This document shows positions 17,354 through 26,781 of a DNA stretch of 41,405 nt, piece after piece. The DNA is from an uncultured Lachnospiraceae bacterium (GTDB lineage: Bacteria > Bacillota > Clostridia > Lachnospirales > Lachnospiraceae): positions 1 to 41,405 of the forward strand of contig CAYXUB010000001.1 of assembly GCA_964468385.1 (NCBI GenBank), given 5' to 3'. Under the pieces are notes generated by a model that saw only the letters and a program-made list of their open reading frames with translations, did no database searches and was not told the origin of the DNA. How positions within the stretch are numbered: the first letter of the stretch is position 1; every line of letters starts with the position of its first letter. The translations under genes were made by a program, and so were the position numbers.

Positions 17354-19116
17354 TAAAAAAGCTTAGACCGTACAACATAAAAAAAGGACTCAAATACCTT
17401 AAACATTACGGCTTCAAAGAATTCATGATAAGGTTGGGCGAACGGCTCGAAAAGGAAGATGTGCCCTACGGCCCATGGTACGAGAAGCACAAAGCTTCAG
17501 ATGAGGTCCTAAAAAAACAACGGAACAGGGTCTTTAAAAAAAAGATCCTGATAAGCTTGCTCGTGCCGGTCTATAATACACCGGAAAGCTATTTAAATGA
17601 AATGCTTGCCTCTGTCTGCGCTCAGAGTTATGAGAACTGGGAGCTTTGTATCGTAAATGCAAGCCCTCAAAACCACGAACTGTCAGAAAAGCTTAAGGAT
17701 TACGAAAAATCCGATCCGCGCATAAGAGTAAAAGAACTGGAAGAAAACGGTGGAATAGCAGCGAATACGAACGCCGCCCTTGCGATGGCGAAGGGAGATT
17801 ACGTCGCCTTTCTTGATCATGATGATATGATAGCGCCTGATGCCCTGTATGAGGCCGCATTGTGTATTGAGCGAGAAGAGCCGGATATCATTTATACCGA
17901 CGAAGACAAGATAAGCGGGAATGTGCATAGCCAGCCGCATTTCAAGCCTGATTTTAATCCTGATCTGCTGCGGGCAAACAACTATATCTGCCATCTGCTA
18001 TTCGTCAGTCGTTCTTTGGCGGAGAAGGTCGGCGGATTCAGGGAGGGTTTTGACGGAGCTCAGGATCATGACTTCATACTCAGATGTACCGAAAAAGCAA
18101 AGGGGATAGCGCATATACCGCGTGTGTTGTATCACTGGAGAACGCACGAGGGCTCCACGGCGGACAATCCGGATAGCAAGCTTTATGCTTACGAGGCGGG
18201 CGTACGTGCAGTGACCGAAAGTTTAGAGCGCCAGGGTCTGTCCGCGAGAGTGACCCAGACCCTTGATCATGGTTTTTACAAGCTTGAATACGAGGTCAAA
18301 GGGGATCCGCTTGTTTCCGTCATAATACCGAACAAAGACGGTAAGACCTACCTGAGGGATTGCATAGATTCAGTGTTAAATGCAGGCGGATATGAAAATA
18401 TAGAGATAATAGTTATTGAAAACAACTCCGAGGATGAGGAGATATTCAGCTATTACGAGGAGTTGAAAAAAGATGCCCGCATACGTGTTGTAAGTTATGA
18501 AGGCGACTTCAATTTTTCCGCGATCAACAACTACGCGGTAAGGGAAGCAAGGGGAGAATATCTGCTTTTTTTGAATAATGACATAAAGGCTATCTCAAAA
18601 GACTGGGTGAAGGGTCTTTTGGGAAACGCGCAGAGAAAAGAGGTCGGGGCCGTAGGCTGTCGATTGCGTTACCCCGACGATACCATACAACATGCCGGTA
18701 TAATACTCGGCATAGGAGGTATAGCGGGACATGCCTTTTATAATATGCCTGCAAACAGGACAGGCTATATGCACAGGGCCTCGACGCAGATGGACGTTTC
18801 TGCCGTGACAGCTGCCTGTATGATGGTTAGGAAAAAGCTCTTTGACGAAATAGACGGATTTGAAGAAGAGCTTGCAGTTGCTTTTAATGATGTCGATCTT
18901 TGCCTGCGCATTCGTCAAGCGGGTTATCTTATTGTATATGACGCCTATGTCGAATTATATCACTATGAGTCGAAGACGAGAGGGGCGGAGGATACCGATG
19001 AAAAAGCAAAGCGCTTTTATTCGGAAATCGAATTTATGCGTAAAAGATGGGGAAGCGCGCTGAAAAAAGATCCATATTACAATCCTAATCTTAAGCTCTC
19101 AAATGGGAATTATTAG
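17347..19116 (+). CDS. Two-domain family 2 glycosyltransferase
   Basis: 589 aa with two GT-A modules (SLLVPVYNTPE...FLDHDD and SVIIPNKDG...FLNNDI). The start overlaps the wecE-like stop (ATGCTGA). Confidence 0.9.
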   Translation: MLIKKLRPYNIKKGLKYLKHYGFKEFMIRLGERLEKEDVPYGPWYEKHKASDEVLKKQRNRVFKKKILISLLVPVYNTPESYLNEMLASVCAQSYENWELCIVNASPQNHELSEKLKDYEKSDPRIRVKELEENGGIAANTNAALAMAKGDYVAFLDHDDMIAPDALYEAALCIEREEPDIIYTDEDKISGNVHSQPHFKPDFNPDLLRANNYICHLLFVSRSLAEKVGGFREGFDGAQDHDFILRCTEKAKGIAHIPRVLYHWRTHEGSTADNPDSKLYAYEAGVRAVTESLERQGLSARVTQTLDHGFYKLEYEVKGDPLVSVIIPNKDGKTYLRDCIDSVLNAGGYENIEIIVIENNSEDEEIFSYYEELKKDARIRVVSYEGDFNFSAINNYAVREARGEYLLFLNNDIKAISKDWVKGLLGNAQRKEVGAVGCRLRYPDDTIQHAGIILGIGGIAGHAFYNMPANRTGYMHRASTQMDVSAVTAACMMVRKKLFDEIDGFEEELAVAFNDVDLCLRIRQAGYLIVYDAYVELYHYESKTRGAEDTDEKAKRFYSEIEFMRKRWGSALKKDPYYNPNLKLSNGNY

Positions 19117-19130
19117 TTGAACGCAAGGCT

Positions 19131-20096
19131 ATGAGCAGGGTTACAGTCATAATACCGAATTACAACGGAAGACGGTTTTTGCCGCCCTGCCTTGAGGCTT
19201 TGAAGCGTCAGAGCATGGCTGATTTTGATATTGTCATAGTAGACAACGGTTCAAACGACGGAAGCCTCGAGTTGCTTGCGGAAAAATACGCTGAGATTCC
19301 TGTTATTGAAATGGGAGAAAACACCGGCTTTTGTAAGGCTGTAAACGAGGGGGTAAAGAGCGCAGGGACGGAATATGTCATTTTGCTGAATAATGATACC
19401 GAGCCGCGTGAGCGCTTCGTGGAAAGCCTTGTAAAGGCAATGGACAAGCGTATAAAAGCCTTTTCATGCAGCTCGCGTATGTTGAATGCCTCTGCTCCGG
19501 ATTTAATGGACGGTGCTGGGGATCTCTATAATGCCTTAGGCTGGGCAATCGCTCGCGGGAAAGGAAAAAGCGCGGACAAATATGATAAAGCGGCTAAAAT
19601 ATTTTCTTCCTGTGCAGGGGCGGCTATATATAGACGCGAGCTTTTCATAAAATTGGGAATGTTAGATGAAAGGCATTTTGCCTATCTTGAAGATTTAGAT
19701 CTTGGGTATAGGGCGCGTATAGTAGGATATGAAAACTGGTACGTGCCGGAAGCGGAGGTGCTGCATGTCGGAAGCGGCAGTAGCGGTTTACGATACAATG
19801 AATTTAAAATCAGTCATTCCGCGCGCAATAACGTCTATGTTATATATAAAAACATGCCTGCTTTCCAGAGGATAATAAATGCTCCGACGCTTTTTTTGGG
19901 ATTTATGATTAAGTATCTTTACTTCAAAAAAAGGGGTTTCGGAGAGCTGTATAAAAGTTCTCTCAAGGAGGGAAAAGAGCTTTCCTTAAGCGAAGAAGGA
20001 AGAGGGCATGCGCTTGGCTTTGAGTGGAGAAATATAAAAAATTACTGCAAGATACAGCTGGAGTTGTGGGGAAATATTTTTCTGGGACGCGGATAG
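19131..20096 (+). CDS. Family 2 glycosyltransferase
   Basis: 321 aa. VTVIIPNYNG...VDNGSNDGS...LLNNDT GT-A motifs. Confidence 0.9.
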   Translation: MSRVTVIIPNYNGRRFLPPCLEALKRQSMADFDIVIVDNGSNDGSLELLAEKYAEIPVIEMGENTGFCKAVNEGVKSAGTEYVILLNNDTEPRERFVESLVKAMDKRIKAFSCSSRMLNASAPDLMDGAGDLYNALGWAIARGKGKSADKYDKAAKIFSSCAGAAIYRRELFIKLGMLDERHFAYLEDLDLGYRARIVGYENWYVPEAEVLHVGSGSSGLRYNEFKISHSARNNVYVIYKNMPAFQRIINAPTLFLGFMIKYLYFKKRGFGELYKSSLKEGKELSLSEEGRGHALGFEWRNIKNYCKIQLELWGNIFLGRG

Positions 20097-20106
20097 GCGT
20101 CCGGAC

Positions 20107-20135
20107 TTGAAAAAAAATACTGTTTGTAGTAGAAT
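20107..20135 (+). promoter_or_regulatory. Putative internal sigma-A promoter ahead of the priming transferase gene
   Basis: TTGAAA (20107-20112), 17-nt spacer, TAGAAT (20130-20135). The A8 run at 20110-20117 spans the -35/spacer junction. Confidence 0.45.
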
Positions 20136-20174
20136 TTCAAGCCGTGGATATAAGAAACAGGGGAAATAATACAT

Positions 20175-21575
20175 ATGGGCGAATCACAAAAACACCTGAG
20201 CAAAGCCTTAGTGATAATTGATGGCGGCATCATTTTAGTTTCATATATATTGGCATGGCTTATCAGGTTCAGAACCAATTTTCTGGGGCCGTCTTATATC
20301 AGTATGCCTGAATCGTATTATTTTCAGGCCTTGCCTTATATTATTCTTCTTTATCTTATTTTAAATTATATTTTCAACCTGTATGTACCTATGATGACCC
20401 AGCGTCGTTATAAAGAAGCAGGCAATATAATTAAGTCTAATGCGCTTGGCTTTCTCATTATAATACTCGTTTTATATTTTACAAAGCAGGTGCATTTTGC
20501 CCGCAACATGCTGGTTATGTTTGCGCTTATCAATGTGATGTTGGATGGGCTTGTCAGAAACACCATCCGCTCGATTGTTAAAAGAAGTGCCAGGAACAGG
20601 AAGAACTTCCGAAACATCTTATTGGTCGGATACAGTCGTTCCGCCGAGGCTTTTGTCGATAGGGTTAAAGAATTCCCGGAACTGGGTTATAATGTAATAG
20701 GCATCTTAGACGATGATATAGAGCAAGGAACGGAATATAGGGGGATAGCGATAATCGGGAAAATTTCCGCTTTGCCGATGATATTGGAAGAAAAAGAAGC
20801 GGACGAAGTCGCTATTACACTGGGACTGGATCATTTTCATAAATTAAAACAAATAGTTGCCGAATGTGAAAAATCTGGTGTTCACACCAAATTCATACCT
20901 GATTATTACAATGTCATTCCGACTAAACCTTATATTGAAGATATGCAGGGGATTCCGGTCATAAATATACGCTATGTGCCTTTGAACAATGCGTTTTTGG
21001 CGACCGTAAAACGTATGGTGGATATAGTCGGCTCGCTTATCTGCCTTGGAGTTTTTTCGCCTGTCATGCTGATAGCGGCAATAGGCATCAGATTATCCTC
21101 TCCGGGGCCTTTGATATTTAAGCAAGTAAGGGTGGGTTTGCACAATAGAAATTTTGAAATGTACAAGTTCCGCTCTATGGAAGTTCAGGACGAGGACGAA
21201 GAAAAAAAAGCATGGACTACCGAAAATGACCCGCGCGTGACCAATTTCGGAAAGTTGATCAGACGAACAAGCATTGACGAGCTTCCGCAGCTTGTAAATG
21301 TATTAAAAGGAGAGATGTCTCTTGTAGGACCGAGACCCGAGCGGCCGCAGTTTGTAGAAAAGTTTAGGGAAAAGATACCTCGCTATATGATAAAGCACCA
21401 AGTCCGTCCGGGTATGACAGGCTGGGCGCAGGTAAACGGTTTCAGAGGAGACACATCGATTAGAAAGAGGATAGAATATGACCTCTATTATATCGAAAAC
21501 TGGTCTTTGGGATTTGATTTTAAGATATTATTTTTGACGGTATTTAAAGGCTTTACAAATAAGAATGCGTATTAA
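20175..21575 (+). CDS. Undecaprenyl-phosphate hexose-1-phosphate transferase (WbaP/CpsE-type priming sugar transferase)
   Basis: 466 aa. N-terminal TM helices, a central Rossmann-like region and a bacterial sugar transferase C-domain (KFRSM, DELPQL.NVLKGEMSLVGPRPERP, RPGMTGWAQVNG). Confidence 0.9.
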   Translation: MGESQKHLSKALVIIDGGIILVSYILAWLIRFRTNFLGPSYISMPESYYFQALPYIILLYLILNYIFNLYVPMMTQRRYKEAGNIIKSNALGFLIIILVLYFTKQVHFARNMLVMFALINVMLDGLVRNTIRSIVKRSARNRKNFRNILLVGYSRSAEAFVDRVKEFPELGYNVIGILDDDIEQGTEYRGIAIIGKISALPMILEEKEADEVAITLGLDHFHKLKQIVAECEKSGVHTKFIPDYYNVIPTKPYIEDMQGIPVINIRYVPLNNAFLATVKRMVDIVGSLICLGVFSPVMLIAAIGIRLSSPGPLIFKQVRVGLHNRNFEMYKFRSMEVQDEDEEKKAWTTENDPRVTNFGKLIRRTSIDELPQLVNVLKGEMSLVGPRPERPQFVEKFREKIPRYMIKHQVRPGMTGWAQVNGFRGDTSIRKRIEYDLYYIENWSLGFDFKILFLTVFKGFTNKNAY

Positions 21576-21641
21576 CAAATATACGGTACCGTAAAAAGAT
21601 TAGTAAAAAGAAGCTCAGAGTTTAAAAACTGGAGAAATATA

Positions 21642-22874
21642 ATGGCAAACCATAGCAAGAAGCGTGATAAACGCCGCAAAAGAGTGCTTATAATAGAACT
21701 TGTAGTCTTGACGTTTTTGGCGCTGGTTCTTATTGTTCTTATAAAAGGAACGCAGCTTTTAAATTCGATTAATTACGAAGAGCTTGATTCCGATAAGATT
21801 ATAACGGCGGACGAGGCGAACGGGCAGTACGACAGTGAAATTGCTGTGGGGAGCGTTGATGAAGAGGAGAGTTCGTATAGTGGCTATGATATTATCGCTC
21901 TTGTAGGTCTTGATTCCAGATCAGGAGAAGACGCATCGGAGAACAGTGATACGATGATGATCTGCGTTATCGATCATGATAACAAGACGATAAAGCTTTG
22001 TTCTGTTTACAGAGATACCTATCTTAATATAGGAGAAGATTATTACGGCAATTCCGATAGTTATCAAAAGTCGAATGCCGCATATAATCTTGGCGGAGCC
22101 GAGCAGTTTCTTTCTATGTTAAACCTGAACCTCGACCTCAACATTACACAGCATATAACGGTTGATTTTACCGCGCTTGCGGTCTGTATCGACCTGCTTG
22201 GAGGTATCGATATTCCAATGACGCGTGAAGAGGCTGTACATGTAAACAATTATAATATAGAGACCGCCGCGGAAACAGGAGTGGAATATGAGGCTCTTGA
22301 GATACCAGATGATGAGAATTATGACGGAGATGTGACCGTAGTATATCACTGCAACGGATCGCAGGCAGTCTCCTATGCTAGGGTAAGATATACTGCAGGA
22401 AACGATTTCAGGCGCACCTCCCGCCAGAGAGAAGTGCTCTCCTTGGTAAAGGAAAAGGCTATGGAGTCTGATATATTCACTTTAGCTTCGGTGCTCGAAG
22501 AAGTGCTTCCGTACGTGACTACAAATATAGATAGTGCATCATTGATATCTCTTGCCCTCAGTATCTATACATATGAAATGAGCGATGAGGATATGGATGG
22601 ATTTCCCTTTGTACATGCCGAGATGAATGTTTCGGGCGTAGGTTCTTGCGTTATTCCCGTTACGCTTGAGTACAATGTGACGCGGCTGCATGAATTTTTA
22701 TTCCCGAATGTGGAATATTCTCCCTCCACAACAGTGCAGAATTACAGTAGCTATATATCATCCGTTACGGGATTTACGAGCGACGATATAGAATATTATT
22801 CAAGCATATACGACTATTCGGATCTCGCCGGGATAACAGAAGAAGAATATCTGGAATGGCTGGAGACTCAATAA
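21642..22874 (+). CDS. LytR-CpsA-Psr (LCP) family glycopolymer ligase
   Basis: 410 aa. N-terminal TM anchor and LCP core (SDTMMICVID...L.SVYRDTY...GGAEQ). Confidence 0.9.
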   Translation: MANHSKKRDKRRKRVLIIELVVLTFLALVLIVLIKGTQLLNSINYEELDSDKIITADEANGQYDSEIAVGSVDEEESSYSGYDIIALVGLDSRSGEDASENSDTMMICVIDHDNKTIKLCSVYRDTYLNIGEDYYGNSDSYQKSNAAYNLGGAEQFLSMLNLNLDLNITQHITVDFTALAVCIDLLGGIDIPMTREEAVHVNNYNIETAAETGVEYEALEIPDDENYDGDVTVVYHCNGSQAVSYARVRYTAGNDFRRTSRQREVLSLVKEKAMESDIFTLASVLEEVLPYVTTNIDSASLISLALSIYTYEMSDEDMDGFPFVHAEMNVSGVGSCVIPVTLEYNVTRLHEFLFPNVEYSPSTTVQNYSSYISSVTGFTSDDIEYYSSIYDYSDLAGITEEEYLEWLETQ

Positions 22875-22889
22875 AATTTTTTAAAAACC

Positions 22890-23855
22890 ATGTCTATATC
22901 TGTTAATGAGAAAAACATATCATTTGATATCATAATACCGACATATAAGCCAGATGCGGAGTTTTATGAACTCTTAAGCCATCTGGCTTTCCAAGTTAGG
23001 GAAGCCGATAATATCTTTATCGTAAATACCGAGGAGGAGAGCTGGGACAAGGGTTTTGAAATCCGTTTTCCAAAGATAAAGGTCAGGCATATAAAAAAAG
23101 AGGACTTTGATCATGGAGGAACCAGAGCTGCCGCGGCACGGGAGTCTAGCGCCGATGTCATTGTTTTCATGACGCAGGACGCACTTCCCTTAAATGCTCA
23201 TACCTTTGAGAATCTCCTGCGTCCGATAGAGGAGAATAAGGCGGAGATCTCGTACGGAAGGCAGATCCCCAAAAGTGATGCCGATCCGATAGAGCGTTTT
23301 ACAAGGAACTTTAATTATCCTGAAAAAAGCAGGATAAAAAGTAAAGACGACCTTGATGAGCTAGGTATAAAGACTTTTTTCTGTACGAATGTGTGTTGCG
23401 CATATTTAAGGAGCGTGTATGATATGCTTGGAGGCTTCCCTGAGCATGTTATCTTCAATGAGGACAGCATACTTGCGGCAAAGGCCATAATGTCCGGATA
23501 CAGGGTATCTTATACCGCGGACGCGGCGGTGCTCCATTCGCACTCATACTCGGGAGCCGAGCAGTTTCACAGGAACTTTGACTTGGGTGTTTCTCATGCA
23601 ATGTTTCCGGAAATTTTTTCTCTTTGCCAAAGTGAACGTGAGGGAATGAGGCTTGTAAAGGCGACCGCGGCTAATCTTATTGATAATAAGCACGTGTTGT
23701 TAATATTCAAGCTGCTTTGGCTCAGCGCCTGTAAGCTGCTGGGATATTCTATGGGGAAGAGATTTAAAAAACTCCCTAAGGTTCTGTTAAAAAAATGCAC
23801 TATGAATCCAGGATTTTGGACTCGTTACTATACGGATGGAGGAAAAAATGTATAA
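22890..23855 (+). CDS. Family 2 glycosyltransferase (rhamnosyltransferase-like)
   Basis: 321 aa. FDIIIPTYKPD...FMTQDA GT-A motifs. Confidence 0.85.
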   Translation: MSISVNEKNISFDIIIPTYKPDAEFYELLSHLAFQVREADNIFIVNTEEESWDKGFEIRFPKIKVRHIKKEDFDHGGTRAAAARESSADVIVFMTQDALPLNAHTFENLLRPIEENKAEISYGRQIPKSDADPIERFTRNFNYPEKSRIKSKDDLDELGIKTFFCTNVCCAYLRSVYDMLGGFPEHVIFNEDSILAAKAIMSGYRVSYTADAAVLHSHSYSGAEQFHRNFDLGVSHAMFPEIFSLCQSEREGMRLVKATAANLIDNKHVLLIFKLLWLSACKLLGYSMGKRFKKLPKVLLKKCTMNPGFWTRYYTDGGKNV

Positions 23856-26757
23856 GGCTTATAAGATCATAAAACAAGAAGAACTGCCCGATATATATTC
23901 AAAGGGAACTTTGCTAAGACACAATAAGACAGGAGCGCATGTGATCTTGCTGCAGAACGAGGACGACAATAAGGTGTTCAATATAGCTTTTAGGACTCCG
24001 CCTGCAGATTCTACCGGTGTGGCCCATATAATTGAACATACCGTGCTTTGCGGTTCGGAAAAATATCCTCTTAAAGATCCCTTTGTTGAACTGGCTAAGG
24101 GATCGCTCAATACATTTCTGAATGCAATGACTTTTCCCGATAAGACGATGTATCCGGTTGCAAGCTGCAATGATGTTGATTTTAAGAATTTGATGTCCGT
24201 ATATAGGGACGCGGTGTTTTTTCCAAATATCTATAATACAAAAAAGATTTTTGAGCAGGAGGGTTGGCATTACCATATAAAGCAAAAAGACGAGCCGATA
24301 AGCTACAACGGAGTCGTATACAATGAAATGAAGGGAGTATATTCTTCTGTCGACTCCGTCCTTGAGAGTACGGTTATGTCGAACCTCTTTCCGGACAGTA
24401 TATACGGCAAAGAGTCGGGAGGGGACCCTGAGTATATTCCGAATCTTAGTTACGAACAATATCTTGACTTCCACAGGACGTATTATCATCCCTCAAACAG
24501 CTATATCGCACTGTATGGTAATATGGATATGGAGGAGCGTCTCGACTGGATTGACAGGGAATACTTAAGTCGCTTTGATAAAAAAGAAGTGAATTCCGAG
24601 ATAAAAATACAAAAAGGCTTCTCAAGTCCCAAAAGCGTAAGCGGATATTTTCCGGTGTTGGACGATGAACCTATAGAGGGGAATACTTGCCTTAATATGA
24701 GCTTTGTCGTAGGAGACAGTAGGGATGTTCTCAATGCATCGGCCTTTACGATACTTGCGTATGCGCTTTTGAATGCGCCGGGCGCGCCGTTGAAAAAGGC
24801 GCTGATAGATGCCGGAGTCGGAAAGGACATCTCGGGCGGATATGAGGATGGCCTGCTTCAGCACATTTTTTCTATTGACATAAAATATGCCGAAGCAGAA
24901 GACAAGGAAAAATTTGAAAAGGTCGTGCGGGATACGCTTCAAAAATTAGCGGATGATGGACTGGATGAAAAAGCGCTTCGAGCTGCTATACATTATTATG
25001 AGTTCCGTTTTCGCGAGGCTGATTTTTCGACCTGTCCCAAGGGCCTTATATATATTATGTCGGCTTTTGAAAGTTGGCTTTATGATGAGGATAATCCCTT
25101 TGAATATTTAAAAGAGCTATCGATTTTTGACGAGCTGAAAAAACGCATAGGCACAGGATACTATGAGAAGCTGATACGTGAAAAGCTGCTAGAAAACAGT
25201 TTTCGTCTTGTAACCGTATTACAGCCAAAACGTGGACTTATAGAAGAAAAAGAGGAACAAAGGGCGAAAAAGCTAAAAGAGTTCAAGGAGAGCTTAAGCG
25301 AGGAAGAACTCACGGCTCTGATAGACGAAACCTATGCTCTTGAGGCATACCAACAAAGGGTTGATGATCCGGAAACCTTAGCTTCGCTTCCGAGGCTTAC
25401 GAAGGCTGATATTGAAAAAGAGCCGAAGCTTAAATTTTGTACAAAGGAAGAGGATATTTGTGGTTTAAAGATCCTGCATCATGATTACGAAACGAGGGGT
25501 ATAAGCTATCTCACCCTTCTTTTTGACATAGCAGATATATCTAATGAACTCATACCCTATGTTAAGCTTTTGAGTTCTATACTCGGGCTTATAGATACTA
25601 AAAACTATGGCTATGCACAGCTGTCAAATGAGATAAATGCACGTACCGGAGGGATAGATTTCGGCCTTACTTATTATACTGATGAACAGGGCGCTTGTCG
25701 CGAATTTTTATGTGTGAAAGCTAAATATATGGACAGGGAATGCGCTTTCGTTTTTGATATGCTGCGTGAAATAATATTCAGCTCAAAGCCGGACGACGAA
25801 AAAAGGCTTAGAGAGCTGCTTATGAGCAAGAAGGCTTACTATCAAGACAGTATTCCTGCGGCCGGACATATGAGTGCGGTTTCAAAGGCTTCGGCGGGCT
25901 TATCGCGCCATGACGATCGTGCAGAGCGCACGTCGGGAGTGGCATATTATAGATTTATAGAAGGCCTCTGCGCGGATTTTGAGCTTAAAAAAGCCGATCT
26001 CATTGCTAGGTTTAAAGATATGGCAGCGCATATATTCAGGAGTGGGAACTTGATAGTTTCCGTTAACGGTAGCAAGGAGGGATATGAGGCGGTAAAGAGC
26101 CGTATTCCCGAATTTGTATCAGAGCTTAACCCTATTGAAAAAACGTTTAAGAGCGAGGATTTTGTCCCATATGAGAGCAGCAGCGCGGTTGTTACTTCAG
26201 GCAGCGTTCAGTTTGTTGCGCGTGCCGGTAATTTCAGGGAAGCAGGCTGTTCTTATACCGGAGCGCTCCTTGTGCTCAGGACCATCTTAAATTATGATTA
26301 TCTCTGGAAACGCCTAAGGGAAAAGGGAGGTGCATACGGCTGCATGAGTATGTTTAGGAGGTCCGGAAATATGTATGTCGTATCGTACAGAGATCCGCAT
26401 CTTAAAAATACTTTGGACGTATATGACGCTATGGCTGATTTTATCGGTTCCTTCGAAGCAGATGAGGAGACGATGGATAAGCTTATTATAGGCACGATAA
26501 GCGGTCTTGATACTCCCTTGAATGCGAGAGCCGAGGGAGAAGCGGCTCTTAGCGCTTATTTCAGCGGCCTTGATGAGAGCAAACTCAGAAAGGAAAGAGA
26601 TGAGGTGCTTGGGGCAAGCGCCTCAGATATAAGAGCGCTTAAGACTCATATCAAACTCGGTTTTGAAAAGAAGCATATGTGTGTGCTTGGCAGTGACTCT
26701 GCAATAAAGAAGCATGAGGGCCTTTTCGAGCATATCGAGGCTTTTATACAGGCCTGA
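23848..26757 (+). CDS. M16-family zinc metallopeptidase (PreP / pitrilysin-like, about 970 aa)
   Basis: Inverted zinc motif HIIEH...E near the N-terminus, with four M16 half-domains. Start taken at MYKAYK (ATG at 23848) behind GGAGGA. It overlaps the upstream stop as ATGTATAA. The ORF track's start at 23836 is also possible. Confidence 0.9.
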   Translation: MYKAYKIIKQEELPDIYSKGTLLRHNKTGAHVILLQNEDDNKVFNIAFRTPPADSTGVAHIIEHTVLCGSEKYPLKDPFVELAKGSLNTFLNAMTFPDKTMYPVASCNDVDFKNLMSVYRDAVFFPNIYNTKKIFEQEGWHYHIKQKDEPISYNGVVYNEMKGVYSSVDSVLESTVMSNLFPDSIYGKESGGDPEYIPNLSYEQYLDFHRTYYHPSNSYIALYGNMDMEERLDWIDREYLSRFDKKEVNSEIKIQKGFSSPKSVSGYFPVLDDEPIEGNTCLNMSFVVGDSRDVLNASAFTILAYALLNAPGAPLKKALIDAGVGKDISGGYEDGLLQHIFSIDIKYAEAEDKEKFEKVVRDTLQKLADDGLDEKALRAAIHYYEFRFREADFSTCPKGLIYIMSAFESWLYDEDNPFEYLKELSIFDELKKRIGTGYYEKLIREKLLENSFRLVTVLQPKRGLIEEKEEQRAKKLKEFKESLSEEELTALIDETYALEAYQQRVDDPETLASLPRLTKADIEKEPKLKFCTKEEDICGLKILHHDYETRGISYLTLLFDIADISNELIPYVKLLSSILGLIDTKNYGYAQLSNEINARTGGIDFGLTYYTDEQGACREFLCVKAKYMDRECAFVFDMLREIIFSSKPDDEKRLRELLMSKKAYYQDSIPAAGHMSAVSKASAGLSRHDDRAERTSGVAYYRFIEGLCADFELKKADLIARFKDMAAHIFRSGNLIVSVNGSKEGYEAVKSRIPEFVSELNPIEKTFKSEDFVPYESSSAVVTSGSVQFVARAGNFREAGCSYTGALLVLRTILNYDYLWKRLREKGGAYGCMSMFRRSGNMYVVSYRDPHLKNTLDVYDAMADFIGSFEADEETMDKLIIGTISGLDTPLNARAEGEAALSAYFSGLDESKLRKERDEVLGASASDIRALKTHIKLGFEKKHMCVLGSDSAIKKHEGLFEHIEAFIQA

Positions 26758-26781
26758 GCTGTAGAAGAAGCAGGCGTAAAT

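Noticed and set aside
23914-24489. A 191-aa ORF antisense to the M16 peptidase gene. Similar long antisense ORFs occur at 8164-8595, 14165-14608, 27037-27555, 32662-33111, 11452-11880, 10865-11254 and 7908-8258.
   Set aside because: Each lies fully inside a strongly supported CDS on the other strand. They have low-complexity or junk-like composition rich in R, I, L, S and C, and no RBS. They are typical shadow ORFs.
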